Below are positions 43,711-56,222 of a DNA stretch of 64,000 bases, one piece after another. Source of the DNA: Gemmatimonadales bacterium (GTDB lineage Bacteria; Gemmatimonadota; Gemmatimonadetes; Gemmatimonadales; Gemmatimonadaceae); the NCBI GenBank assembly GCA_038319955.1, contig JBBQDT010000004.1, positions 545 to 64,544 of the forward strand, written 5' to 3'. The translations under genes and the position numbers were made by a program. The notes below the pieces were generated by a model. The model was not told where the DNA came from. It searched no databases and saw nothing but the letters and a program-made list of their open reading frames with translations. Numbering within the stretch: position 1 is the stretch's first letter; each line of letters starts with the position of its first letter.

Positions 43711-44493
43711 ATGATCGACGTCGCCACCTACATCGGCCCGTACCCTTTCCGGCATCTGCCCCACCCCGATCCCGAGGTCCTCGTCCGCGTGCTCGAGCGC
43801 GAGGGGCTCAGCGGGGCATGGGTTGGTTATCTGCCATCGGTCTGGGAGCGCGATCCCGCGCCAGGCAACGTCGCCCTCTTCGCCGCCCTTGCCCCATACC
43901 CCACGCTGCGGCCAACACCCGTGGTGCGTCCCGACTGGCCACGGTGGGAGTGGACGCTGGATCACGCGATCGCCAACGGCGCCGCCGCGGTCCGTGCCTA
44001 TCCGATGCATTGGGGCATGGGCCCGCACGATCCATCGATGCGTGCCTTGGCGCTGGCATGCGGCGAACGCGCCATTCCGCTCCTCCTCACCGTTCGCTTC
44101 GAGGATCTTCGCCAGCGCTCCGGTCTCGACGTCGCCGGGGACCTCACCGCGGCGCACATCCGCTCGCTCGCCCGCGCGCACGTCTCCGTCCGCATTGTCG
44201 TCGTCGGCGCCGGCCGCGACCTGCTCGAGGAGACACACTGGAGCCTCACGCCCGACGAGCAGCGGCGCGTGCATTGGGACTTTGCGTGGATCTGGGGCCC
44301 GCCCGAGGATCACTTCGCGCACCTGCTGCGGACCGTGGGCGCGGAGCGTTTCGTCTATGGAACGCATTGGCCTCTTCGGCTGACGCAGAACTCGCGCGCC
44401 AATCTCGACCTGCTGCCCGACGATCTCCGCGGCGTGGGCATCGTGGATGCATCGTCGCTCGCCCCTGGCGCGGTAGGGGTATCTCCGACTTGA
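43711..44493 (+). CDS. Amidohydrolase-2-like protein, divergent (no N-terminal HxH)
   Basis: The 260-aa ORF has TIM-barrel-like periodicity and a C-terminal FVYGTHWP resembling Amidohydro_2. The N-terminus reads IDVATYIG where HxH would be expected. Confidence 0.6.
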   Translation: MIDVATYIGPYPFRHLPHPDPEVLVRVLEREGLSGAWVGYLPSVWERDPAPGNVALFAALAPYPTLRPTPVVRPDWPRWEWTLDHAIANGAAAVRAYPMHWGMGPHDPSMRALALACGERAIPLLLTVRFEDLRQRSGLDVAGDLTAAHIRSLARAHVSVRIVVVGAGRDLLEETHWSLTPDEQRRVHWDFAWIWGPPEDHFAHLLRTVGAERFVYGTHWPLRLTQNSRANLDLLPDDLRGVGIVDASSLAPGAVGVSPT

Positions 44494-44682
44494 TCTTTGT
44501 GGCGAGCTCGGGGAATTTCCCCTTCGTTCGCGCATTGGGTGCCGAAATTCACCGTGTATTCGCAACACCGCAGGCGCGACACACCGATTACAATGATTTG
44601 TTCCTATATGAGCGCGAAGTGCGTTGCGGTCGCCTTGCGGCTACAACATCGCGCGTTCAAATTGCTGGCCGGTAAGGGACCT

Positions 44683-44727
44683 TGTGAATTCGTTCACAAG
44701 CAACCCGCATCCCGACTTTCCTAGACC
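44683..44727 (+). promoter_or_regulatory. CRP/FNR-superfamily box TGTGA-N6-TCACA plus TAGACC -10-like hexamer upstream of actA
   Basis: cTTGTGAattcgtTCACAAg at 44682-44699. TAGACC at 44722-44727 lies 8 nt before the actA ATG (44736). The box centre is about 44 nt upstream of the implied start site (class-II-like geometry). Confidence 0.55.
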
Positions 44728-44735
44728 CCATCGCG

Positions 44736-45488
44736 ATGACGCAGCGAAGGAAGTGGACAGCGATCCCAGGACTCCTGTTTCTGGCGATCGGAGCAATCGT
44801 GTTGTCCGCCTACAGTGGCGCCTCCTCCTCACAAGGCAATGCCCCTGACCAACCGATCGCCTTCCCGCACCCGAAACATGCGGGGCCGGTGGCCAAGGGC
44901 GGTCTCGGCATGAACTGCCTCTACTGCCACAACACCGCCAACAAGTCCGCCGACGTCGGCATGCCCGCCGTTGCCACTTGCATGGGGTGTCACGCCGCCG
45001 TCCTGGGTTCGACGGACAAGGCCAAGGCCGAGATCAAGAAGATCCAGACCTACGCCGACTACCCGAGTGGTGCGAAGGCGAAGCCCATCCCCTGGGTGCG
45101 CATTCACAAGGTGCCTGAGTACGTCCACTTCCCGCACGTCCGACACGTCAACGCAGGCGTCACCTGCCAGACCTGTCATGGACAGGTGCAGGGAATGACC
45201 AAGGTCTATCAGGCTTCGTCGCTCAACATGGGATGGTGCATCAACTGCCACGTGAACGGCTACGATCCCAAGGAAGGTCAGAAGGCCGCCGGCTACGACA
45301 GCGTGCCTCCCGCCAATTATGCCGGCGGTGTTCCCTACGGCACACCCGGCTCCTTCGCCGGCATCATGACCACCGGTGTCACGCCGGCCACGTCCGCGAG
45401 CGGCTCGGCGTCTCGGACGCCGAATGCCTCGACGCCGTCTACCGAGCGCCGTCGCGCTCGATATGACTGCGCCTCCTGTCACTACTAG
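44736..45488 (+). CDS. actA: Alternative complex III subunit ActA (pentaheme cytochrome c)
   Basis: N-terminal TM anchor and five CXXCH motifs (CLYCH, CMGCH, CQTCH, CINCH, CASCH). First gene of the act operon. Confidence 0.85.
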   Translation: MTQRRKWTAIPGLLFLAIGAIVLSAYSGASSSQGNAPDQPIAFPHPKHAGPVAKGGLGMNCLYCHNTANKSADVGMPAVATCMGCHAAVLGSTDKAKAEIKKIQTYADYPSGAKAKPIPWVRIHKVPEYVHFPHVRHVNAGVTCQTCHGQVQGMTKVYQASSLNMGWCINCHVNGYDPKEGQKAAGYDSVPPANYAGGVPYGTPGSFAGIMTTGVTPATSASGSASRTPNASTPSTERRRARYDCASCHY

Positions 45489-45510
45489 ATCGACCGAGGA
45501 CGAGCCGCAC

Positions 45511-48636
<3,126 letters not shown>

Positions 48637-48648
48637 GGGGGCGCGACG

Positions 48649-50087
<1,439 letters not shown>

Positions 50088-50088
<1 letters not shown>

Positions 50089-50588
50089 TGCAGGGTGTCA
50101 TCGGCGCGTTCTCCGAGCTCGACTCGACCGTTCACGCGATCGAGGAGCTACGCAAGCAGAACTTCAACGACATCGCGGTCTTCAGCCCCACGCCGCGTCA
50201 CGAGCTTGACGACGCCCTGGCCAGCAAGTCCAGCGCGGTGCGCCGCTTTACGCTCGTGGGCGGCCTGTTGGGCGTAACGTTCGGTTACTGGATTCCCATC
50301 TGGATCTCCGACTACTGGCCCATCGTCGTGGGCGGGAAGCCCATCGCGAGCTGGGTTCCGTACACCATCATCGGCTTCGAGCTGATGGTGCTCATTGGCT
50401 CACTTTCCACGGTGTTCGGCATGTTCGCGCTCGCTCGCCTGCCGCGGCTGACGCTTACGGTCGGCTACGATCCACGGTTCAGCGGCGGGGACTTCGGCGT
50501 GTGGGTTGCGGCGGGCCCCGACCGTGCGCCACAGGCTTCCGACCTCCTGCGGAAGAATGGCGCAGTGGAGGTTCGCAATGAGCGCTGA
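50088..50588 (+). CDS. actD: Alternative complex III subunit ActD (DUF3341)
   Basis: ATGA overlap with actC. A soluble N-terminal domain plus two TM segments (FTLVGGLLGVTFGYW, IIGFELMVLIGSL). Confidence 0.85.
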
Positions 50589-51414
50589 TCGTCGTCCCAC
50601 GCGCCGCAACCGTCGACCCGAGCGCAGCGAGCGACCCGCTCTCATGGCTCGTGCGAGGAAATGTTCTTCCCTCGCGTTCCTCACTGCACTAGGGGCCTGC
50701 TCCTGGTTCACCGACTTCCGGGAGCAGCCCAAGCCCGATCCGTGGGAGTCGCCCAGCGATAGCATCGCGATGCGCGGCAACCCGCAGAACTCCGTGTCCG
50801 TCTACGGAACGCTCGCGCCGAGCTATGCCTATTCGCACACGGCATCGATCGCGACAGTGGATTCCATGGCGGGAATCCAGAATCCCGTCGCAGGCGACGC
50901 GCGCTCGCTGCACAACGGACGCATGTACTACCAGATCAACTGCGCGGTTTGCCACGGCGAGGCAGGCAAGGGGGACGGACCCATCCTCACCGCCAAGGCG
51001 ATCTACCCGCCGCCGCTCATCGGCGCGTCCGCGGAGGGCAGGTCCGACGGCTACATCTGGGGGATCATTCGCAACGGCCGCGGTGCGATGCCGTCCTACG
51101 ATCGCATCGAGGAAATGGATCGGTGGGACGTGGTGAACTATGTCCGCGGCCTGCAGGGCAAGTATCAGGTGGCAACGGGCGCTGTCGGCCTGCCTGGTGA
51201 GACAGGTGACAAGGTGCCCGGCTATTCGCAGATGGGGCCCACCCGTCCGTCGCCGTATTACAAGCACGCCGGCTCGCAAGCTGACTCGACGCGTGGCTAC
51301 GCATTTCCGCGTTCGCAGTCGGCGGCGCCGGCCAAGCCCGATTCCATGCCGGCGGCGAACCCTGCGTCCGCCGTGCCCACTCCCCCGACGCCGAAGACCG
51401 GAGGCGAGCGGTGA
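50578..51414 (+). CDS. actE: Alternative complex III subunit ActE (monoheme cytochrome c lipoprotein-like)
   Basis: A single CAVCH motif with downstream Met (RGAMPSY). Lipobox-like LTALGAC. The start, 50578 or 50644, is uncertain. There is a long low-complexity C-terminal tail. Confidence 0.8.
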   Translation: MSADRRPTRRNRRPERSERPALMARARKCSSLAFLTALGACSWFTDFREQPKPDPWESPSDSIAMRGNPQNSVSVYGTLAPSYAYSHTASIATVDSMAGIQNPVAGDARSLHNGRMYYQINCAVCHGEAGKGDGPILTAKAIYPPPLIGASAEGRSDGYIWGIIRNGRGAMPSYDRIEEMDRWDVVNYVRGLQGKYQVATGAVGLPGETGDKVPGYSQMGPTRPSPYYKHAGSQADSTRGYAFPRSQSAAPAKPDSMPAANPASAVPTPPTPKTGGER

Positions 51415-52739
51415 GTCTGCATCCTGTGCGCACCCCAACGCGCGATGAAGTCATCAGCGCATACGACACCAAGGCGACTCCCGCCTCGCTCAGCATGGCG
51501 ATGCTCGTGCTCGCCGCGATCGGGATCATCACCTTCATTGCAGGCCTCTTCCTGGATGCCGATCGTGCGTGGCGCGCCTATCACGTGAGCTGGCTGTACG
51601 TGACGTCGCTGTCGTCCGCGGGCGTGATGTTCGTCGCCGTGCAGCGGATCACCACCGCGCGGTGGTCTCGGCCGCTCATCCGGTTCCAGGAGGGCTTCGT
51701 TGCCTTCCTGCCCGTCGCGTTCGTGCTGTTGCTCTTGAGCGTCTTCCTCGGCAAGCACCACATCTTTCCCTGGACGCACGAGGCGCCGCCCGTTGCGGAA
51801 AAGGTCACGTATTACAACGGCACCTTCCTCACCGCGCGAGTGATCATCGCCTTCGGCGCAATCACGCTGCTGTCGCTCTGGTACATCTACACGTCCGTGC
51901 GGCTCGACGTCGGGCTCGTACCCGAGCGTGGAGCCAAGTGGGCGGCAGGTTTGCGGGCGCGAATGCGCAATGGCTTCCGCGACGAACGCCGTGAACTGCA
52001 CAGCACGCACTCGCTCCAGGGCAAGCTCGCCGTCGCCTTGGCGATGGTGTTCGGCTACGGCTGGTCGTTCCTCGCGTTCGACCTGTCCATGGGAATGAGC
52101 CTGCACTTCCAGAGCACCCTGTACGGCTGGTGGTTCTTCATGGGCGCGTGGCTCTGCTCCCTCACGCTGCTCTCGCTGCTGGTCATGTCGTGGCGCCGCT
52201 TCCTCGGCATCGAAGAGTTCGTGAAGGAGAACCACTTTCACGACCTCGGCAAGCTCTGCTTCGCCTTCACGGCGTTCTGGGGCTACCTCACCTTCAGCCA
52301 GTTCCTCGTGATCTGGTACGGCAACCTGGGTGAGGAGACACATTGGCCGCGCCTGCGTCTCATCGCCCCGTGGGTGCACTTTTCGGTGTCGGCCGTGATG
52401 CTCGTGTTCTTCGCGCCATTCTTCGGGTTGATCTCACGCGCTGCAAAGGTCTACCTGCCGACGTTCGCGCTCTTCGCGACGATCAGCCTCGTCGGCATGT
52501 ACCTCGTTCGGTATCTCGAGGTCTATCCGTCGCTGTACGGGGACGCGCCGGCGCTGCCGTTCGGCGTGTGGGAGGTCGGCATCCTGCTCGGCTTCATCGG
52601 CATGTGGGGATTTTGCTATCTGGCGTTCATGAACGCCTTCCCGCGCGCACGCGTCACGCTCATGACGTCTCCGTACCGTGACGAGGTGCAGATTCCGGTG
52701 GACGCGAAGACGATGGAGCCACTTCCCGCCCACGAATAG
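51411..52739 (+). CDS. actF: Alternative complex III subunit ActF (NrfD-like membrane subunit)
   Basis: GTG 51411 overlaps the actE stop. It is a 442-aa polytopic membrane protein and the last gene of the operon. Confidence 0.85.
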   Translation: MSLHPVRTPTRDEVISAYDTKATPASLSMAMLVLAAIGIITFIAGLFLDADRAWRAYHVSWLYVTSLSSAGVMFVAVQRITTARWSRPLIRFQEGFVAFLPVAFVLLLLSVFLGKHHIFPWTHEAPPVAEKVTYYNGTFLTARVIIAFGAITLLSLWYIYTSVRLDVGLVPERGAKWAAGLRARMRNGFRDERRELHSTHSLQGKLAVALAMVFGYGWSFLAFDLSMGMSLHFQSTLYGWWFFMGAWLCSLTLLSLLVMSWRRFLGIEEFVKENHFHDLGKLCFAFTAFWGYLTFSQFLVIWYGNLGEETHWPRLRLIAPWVHFSVSAVMLVFFAPFFGLISRAAKVYLPTFALFATISLVGMYLVRYLEVYPSLYGDAPALPFGVWEVGILLGFIGMWGFCYLAFMNAFPRARVTLMTSPYRDEVQIPVDAKTMEPLPAHE

Positions 52740-52775
52740 AGGGTCAGCGGGTCAGCGCGTCAGCGGTAAAGAGAC

Positions 52776-52808
52776 AGGGCACACCACGTAAAGTCGGTGT
52801 GCCCTTTC
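52776..52808. terminator. Bidirectional terminator hairpin between actF and the thioredoxin gene
   Basis: AGGGCACACC / GGTGTGCCCT is a 10-bp stem with a 10-nt loop. It is followed by TTTCTC on the plus strand and by TCTCTTTACC on the minus strand. Confidence 0.65.
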
Positions 52809-52841
52809 TCTCCCCTCTGTCCCTCTGCCCCCCTCTGCCCC

Positions 52842-53297
52842 TCAAGAAAGCATTGCTCTCAGCGTCGCCAGCGGTACCGCACCGGTCTGCCGCTTCACTT
52901 CTCGACCGTTCTTGAACAGGATGCTCGTCGGGATCCCGCGAATCTGGAAGCGCGACGCCGTCTGCTGGGCCACGTCCGTGTCCAGCTTCGCCACAAGCGC
53001 CCGCCCCACCGACTCCCTCGCCAGCGTGTCCACCGCTGGCGCCATCATTTTGCACGGCCCGCACCAATCGGCGTAGAAGTCCACCAATATCGGCACGTCC
53101 GTCTCCGCAATCACGCGGTCGAATGTCGTGTCGTCCAGCTTCACCGGATGGTCGATGGGCAGGGCGTTGCCGCACGCCCCGCACTTCGGCCCGTTCGACG
53201 CCATGTCCGCCCGGATTCGGTTCCACTTGCCGCAGCTCGGGCAGTGCAGGGTCAACCGCGGCGCGGTCGTCTCTTTTTCGTGGTGTGCCGTGCTCAT
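52842..53297 (-). CDS. trxC: Thioredoxin with N-terminal zinc-finger (TrxC/Trx2 type)
   Basis: From ATG 53297. Two CXXC pairs (CPSCG, CGACG) are followed by the thioredoxin fold with WCGPC. Confidence 0.9.
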   Translation of the reverse strand: MSTAHHEKETTAPRLTLHCPSCGKWNRIRADMASNGPKCGACGNALPIDHPVKLDDTTFDRVIAETDVPILVDFYADWCGPCKMMAPAVDTLARESVGRALVAKLDTDVAQQTASRFQIRGIPTSILFKNGREVKRQTGAVPLATLRAMLS

Positions 53298-53354
53298 GAT
53301 GCGCTTCTCGCTTGGGTCGTCGGTCGCTATCTTCCTTCCTTCCTGCAAGATTCG

Positions 53355-53427
53355 GGGGCGTTAGCTCAGCAGGGAGAGCGCTGCCTTTGCAAGGCAGAGG
53401 TCATCGGTTCGATCCCGATACGCTCCA
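53355..53427 (+). tRNA. tRNA-Ala (anticodon UGC)
   Basis: Manual cloverleaf: acceptor GGGGCGT/ACGCTCC with the G3:U70 Ala identity pair, D arm GCTC/GAGC, anticodon arm CTGCC-TTTGCAA-GGCAG, T arm ATCGG-TTCGATC-CCGAT, discriminator A. CCA is not encoded. Confidence 0.95.
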
Positions 53428-53482
53428 CTCGATTGAAAGATCCTCCGGACGCCGTGTGGGGCAGCTTCGTCCTGAGGCAAGC

Positions 53483-55915
53483 ATGGCTGGTTCGGGCACC
53501 GAGACCACGGAAAGTCAGAGCGGCGATGCACACGGTTTCAATGTGTGGATCGCCGTTGGGCTTTTCGTCGGATGGATCGTCCTCGGGAACATCGGGCCCA
53601 TGTTCGAGCTGGCACCGGGTATCCGTGCCTGGTATCCGCCGGCAGCGCTCCTCGCCGCTGCGGTGACCTGGTGGGGCGCCCGCGCCCTCTTCCCCATCAT
53701 TCTCGCCGCAAGCCTCTCCGCGATCCTTGCGCCGACGAGCACGGAGCCGCTCTGGCGCGTGCTCGCGGTGTCGGCCGTCTTGAAGGGCCTCTATTGGCTC
53801 GGCGCACATGTGCTCCATCGCGCCGGGTTCAACGCACGCTTTGCGCGTACGGCAGATGTGTCTCTCTTCACCAGCGTCTTCGCCGTCGCCGCCGCGGGCG
53901 CCGCTGTGGTTGCTGTCGTCAGCACGCGCCGCGACGTCGGACCCGCTGCGGACAATCTGCTCCTCGTGCGGTCCTTCTGGATCGGAGACGTCGTTGCCGT
54001 GCTTGCCCTTGCGCCGGCCATGCTCGTCGCCATCGAGTGGCTCACCTCCATGCGGGGCCGCGACGTGCACTTGCCGCCCGTTTCATGGAGCCGCCGCAAC
54101 ATCGCGCAAGCTGTCTCCATTCCTCTCGCGATCATCAGCGCCGCCGCACTCTCGCCGAGCCTCGGTTTCTTTTCCTATGCACTGTGCTTCCTGCCCCTTG
54201 GCTGGATTGCGCTGACGCATGGTCCGCGTGTCGCGGCCCTCGCCAACGTCCTCTTTGTTCTCGGCGCACTGTTCAGCGTGCGCGATCTCGGTGGCACCGC
54301 TCCAGGGAGTCTCGAGGCGCAATCCTTCACGGCCCTCCTGGTCGTGACAGGCCTTCTGATCGGGAGCGTCGCGGATGAACGCGAGCGCGCCTTTGCACTG
54401 CTCGGTGAGAGTGAGGAGCGCTACCGCAACCTCGTCGAGCTGCTTCCGGAGCCGATCGTCGTCCACGATCGCGGGCGCATTCTCTTCGCCAACGGCGCCA
54501 CCGCCGCGGTGCTTGGTGCCGCGTCGCCCGAAGCCCTCCACGGGATGAACCTCGCCGACCTCGCGCTGCCACAGGCGAGACCGCTCATCGAGGAACGCAT
54601 GGATCTGGTGCAAGCGGGGGCCGCGGTTCCTCTCATGCGGTACTCCATTCGCAAGCTCGACGACACGGGTACGCTCGAGATTGAATCGGTATCGATTCCA
54701 TTTGCGTTTCAGGGACGATCGACAGTGTTGACGGTCGCCCGGGACGTGACGACTCGTGTCCGCCTCGAGGCAGATTTGCGGCAGGCGCAGCGGATGGAGG
54801 CGGTGGGCCGCCTCGCCGGTGGCGTGGCGCACGATTTCAACAACCTCCTCACGGTCATCACGAGCTACAGCGAGCTCATTCTCGCCGGATTGCCCGACGA
54901 TGCAACGCTTGCGAAGGACGTCCGCGAAATCCACCACGCCGCCGATCGCGCCGCGGCGCTGACGCGGCAGCTTTTGTCATTCAGTCGCCGACAGGTGCTC
55001 CAGCCGCAGTCTGTGGACGTCAGCGAGGCGGTGCGCGACACCGAGGCGCTGCTGCGGCGACTGATCAGCTCCGAGATCAAGATCGTCTCGCGCCTGGATC
55101 CTGCGGCCGGCCGTATCCTTGCCGACCGCGGACAGATCGAGCAGGTCATCGTGAACCTCGCGGTCAACGCGCGCGATGCCATGCCTGAGGGCGGAACGCT
55201 CACCATCGAGACGCGCCGCATCGACGCGGTCGATGAACCGGCCACCGCGCGCTGTTCGAAGCAGACGGCCCACTACAGCAGCATCGTCTTCCGCGACACG
55301 GGGGTTGGCATCGACGCCGAGACGATGCGCCAGATCTTCGATCCATTCTTCACCACGAAGGCGGTGGGTCGAGGCACAGGCCTCGGACTCGCCACTGTGC
55401 ATGGCATCATCGAGCAGGCCGGCGGCACCATCGTGGTCGACAGCCATGTCGGCGCGGGCACGACCTTTCGCATTCTCCTGCCCTCGCTTCCCGAGGGCGC
55501 CCCGCACCCACCGCACACGAATGGCGTCCATCCTGTCGAAAGCGCCATCGGGCGTGGACGCGTGCTCCTCGTGGAGGACGAGGAGTCGGTCCGGACGATT
55601 CTTCGACGCACGCTCGTCGAGGCGGGCTACGACGTCCTCGACGCGGTCGACGGCCTGGACGCGCTCGCGATCCTCGAGACCAGCGGCGCGTCGGTGGACG
55701 TCGTGCTCTCCGACGTGGCCATGCCGCGGATGGATGGCCGACAGATGGCCGACCACATTCGCGTGCGCTGGCCGACGCTCCCTGTGGTGATGATGTCCGG
55801 CTTCGCCGATCCCGATCTCGAACGCGGCAATCCTGGCATCACGCTCCTCCTGCTCAAGCCATTCAGTAGCCAGACGCTCGTGGCCGCCATCCGCGATGCC
55901 ATGCCCATCCGCTGA
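53483..55915 (+). CDS. Hybrid sensor histidine kinase / response regulator (multi-TM MASE1-like sensor, PAS, HisKA, HATPase, REC)
   Basis: ATG 53483, downstream of the tRNA. H-box GGVAHDFNNLL, G-boxes DTGVGI and GTGLGLA, and a C-terminal receiver (VLLVEDE...VLSDVAMPRMDG...KPF). Confidence 0.85.
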   Translation: MAGSGTETTESQSGDAHGFNVWIAVGLFVGWIVLGNIGPMFELAPGIRAWYPPAALLAAAVTWWGARALFPIILAASLSAILAPTSTEPLWRVLAVSAVLKGLYWLGAHVLHRAGFNARFARTADVSLFTSVFAVAAAGAAVVAVVSTRRDVGPAADNLLLVRSFWIGDVVAVLALAPAMLVAIEWLTSMRGRDVHLPPVSWSRRNIAQAVSIPLAIISAAALSPSLGFFSYALCFLPLGWIALTHGPRVAALANVLFVLGALFSVRDLGGTAPGSLEAQSFTALLVVTGLLIGSVADERERAFALLGESEERYRNLVELLPEPIVVHDRGRILFANGATAAVLGAASPEALHGMNLADLALPQARPLIEERMDLVQAGAAVPLMRYSIRKLDDTGTLEIESVSIPFAFQGRSTVLTVARDVTTRVRLEADLRQAQRMEAVGRLAGGVAHDFNNLLTVITSYSELILAGLPDDATLAKDVREIHHAADRAAALTRQLLSFSRRQVLQPQSVDVSEAVRDTEALLRRLISSEIKIVSRLDPAAGRILADRGQIEQVIVNLAVNARDAMPEGGTLTIETRRIDAVDEPATARCSKQTAHYSSIVFRDTGVGIDAETMRQIFDPFFTTKAVGRGTGLGLATVHGIIEQAGGTIVVDSHVGAGTTFRILLPSLPEGAPHPPHTNGVHPVESAIGRGRVLLVEDEESVRTILRRTLVEAGYDVLDAVDGLDALAILETSGASVDVVLSDVAMPRMDGRQMADHIRVRWPTLPVVMMSGFADPDLERGNPGITLLLLKPFSSQTLVAAIRDAMPIR

Positions 55916-56097
55916 GGTAACGCTTGACGCACGAATAGAACTCGCCACCTTGGGCGCGACGACGTACCGACATCTACCACCCGCATGACGCGCAACCACC
56001 GCTCCACGCTTATGCAGCAGTCGAATCCGGCTCTCCCTCTGAGAGGCGGCGCGACGTCATCTGCGTAACCGCAGCGGACAACGAGATGAAACTCGAC

Positions 56098-56129
56098 GCG
56101 GCCCCTCTCCAGACGAGGGGCCGCTTTTT
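56098..56129 (+). terminator. Rho-independent terminator
   Basis: GCGGCCCCTC / GAGGGGCCGC is a perfect 10-bp stem with a 7-nt loop, followed by TTTTT. It lies 183 nt after the kinase stop. Confidence 0.8.
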
Positions 56130-56222
56130 GTTGGCGGTTGGAACGCTGCACCCCGCAATGGATAGACAAAACGGACGGCAACGGAACGACGGACCCCACA
56201 CTTCTCGACCGGGAGAGACGAC

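Noticed and set aside
53312-55915. 867-aa ORF whose N-terminus reads through the tRNA-Ala gene
   Set aside because: The reading frame crosses a canonical tRNA (53355-53427). The kinase is taken from ATG 53483, downstream of the tRNA.
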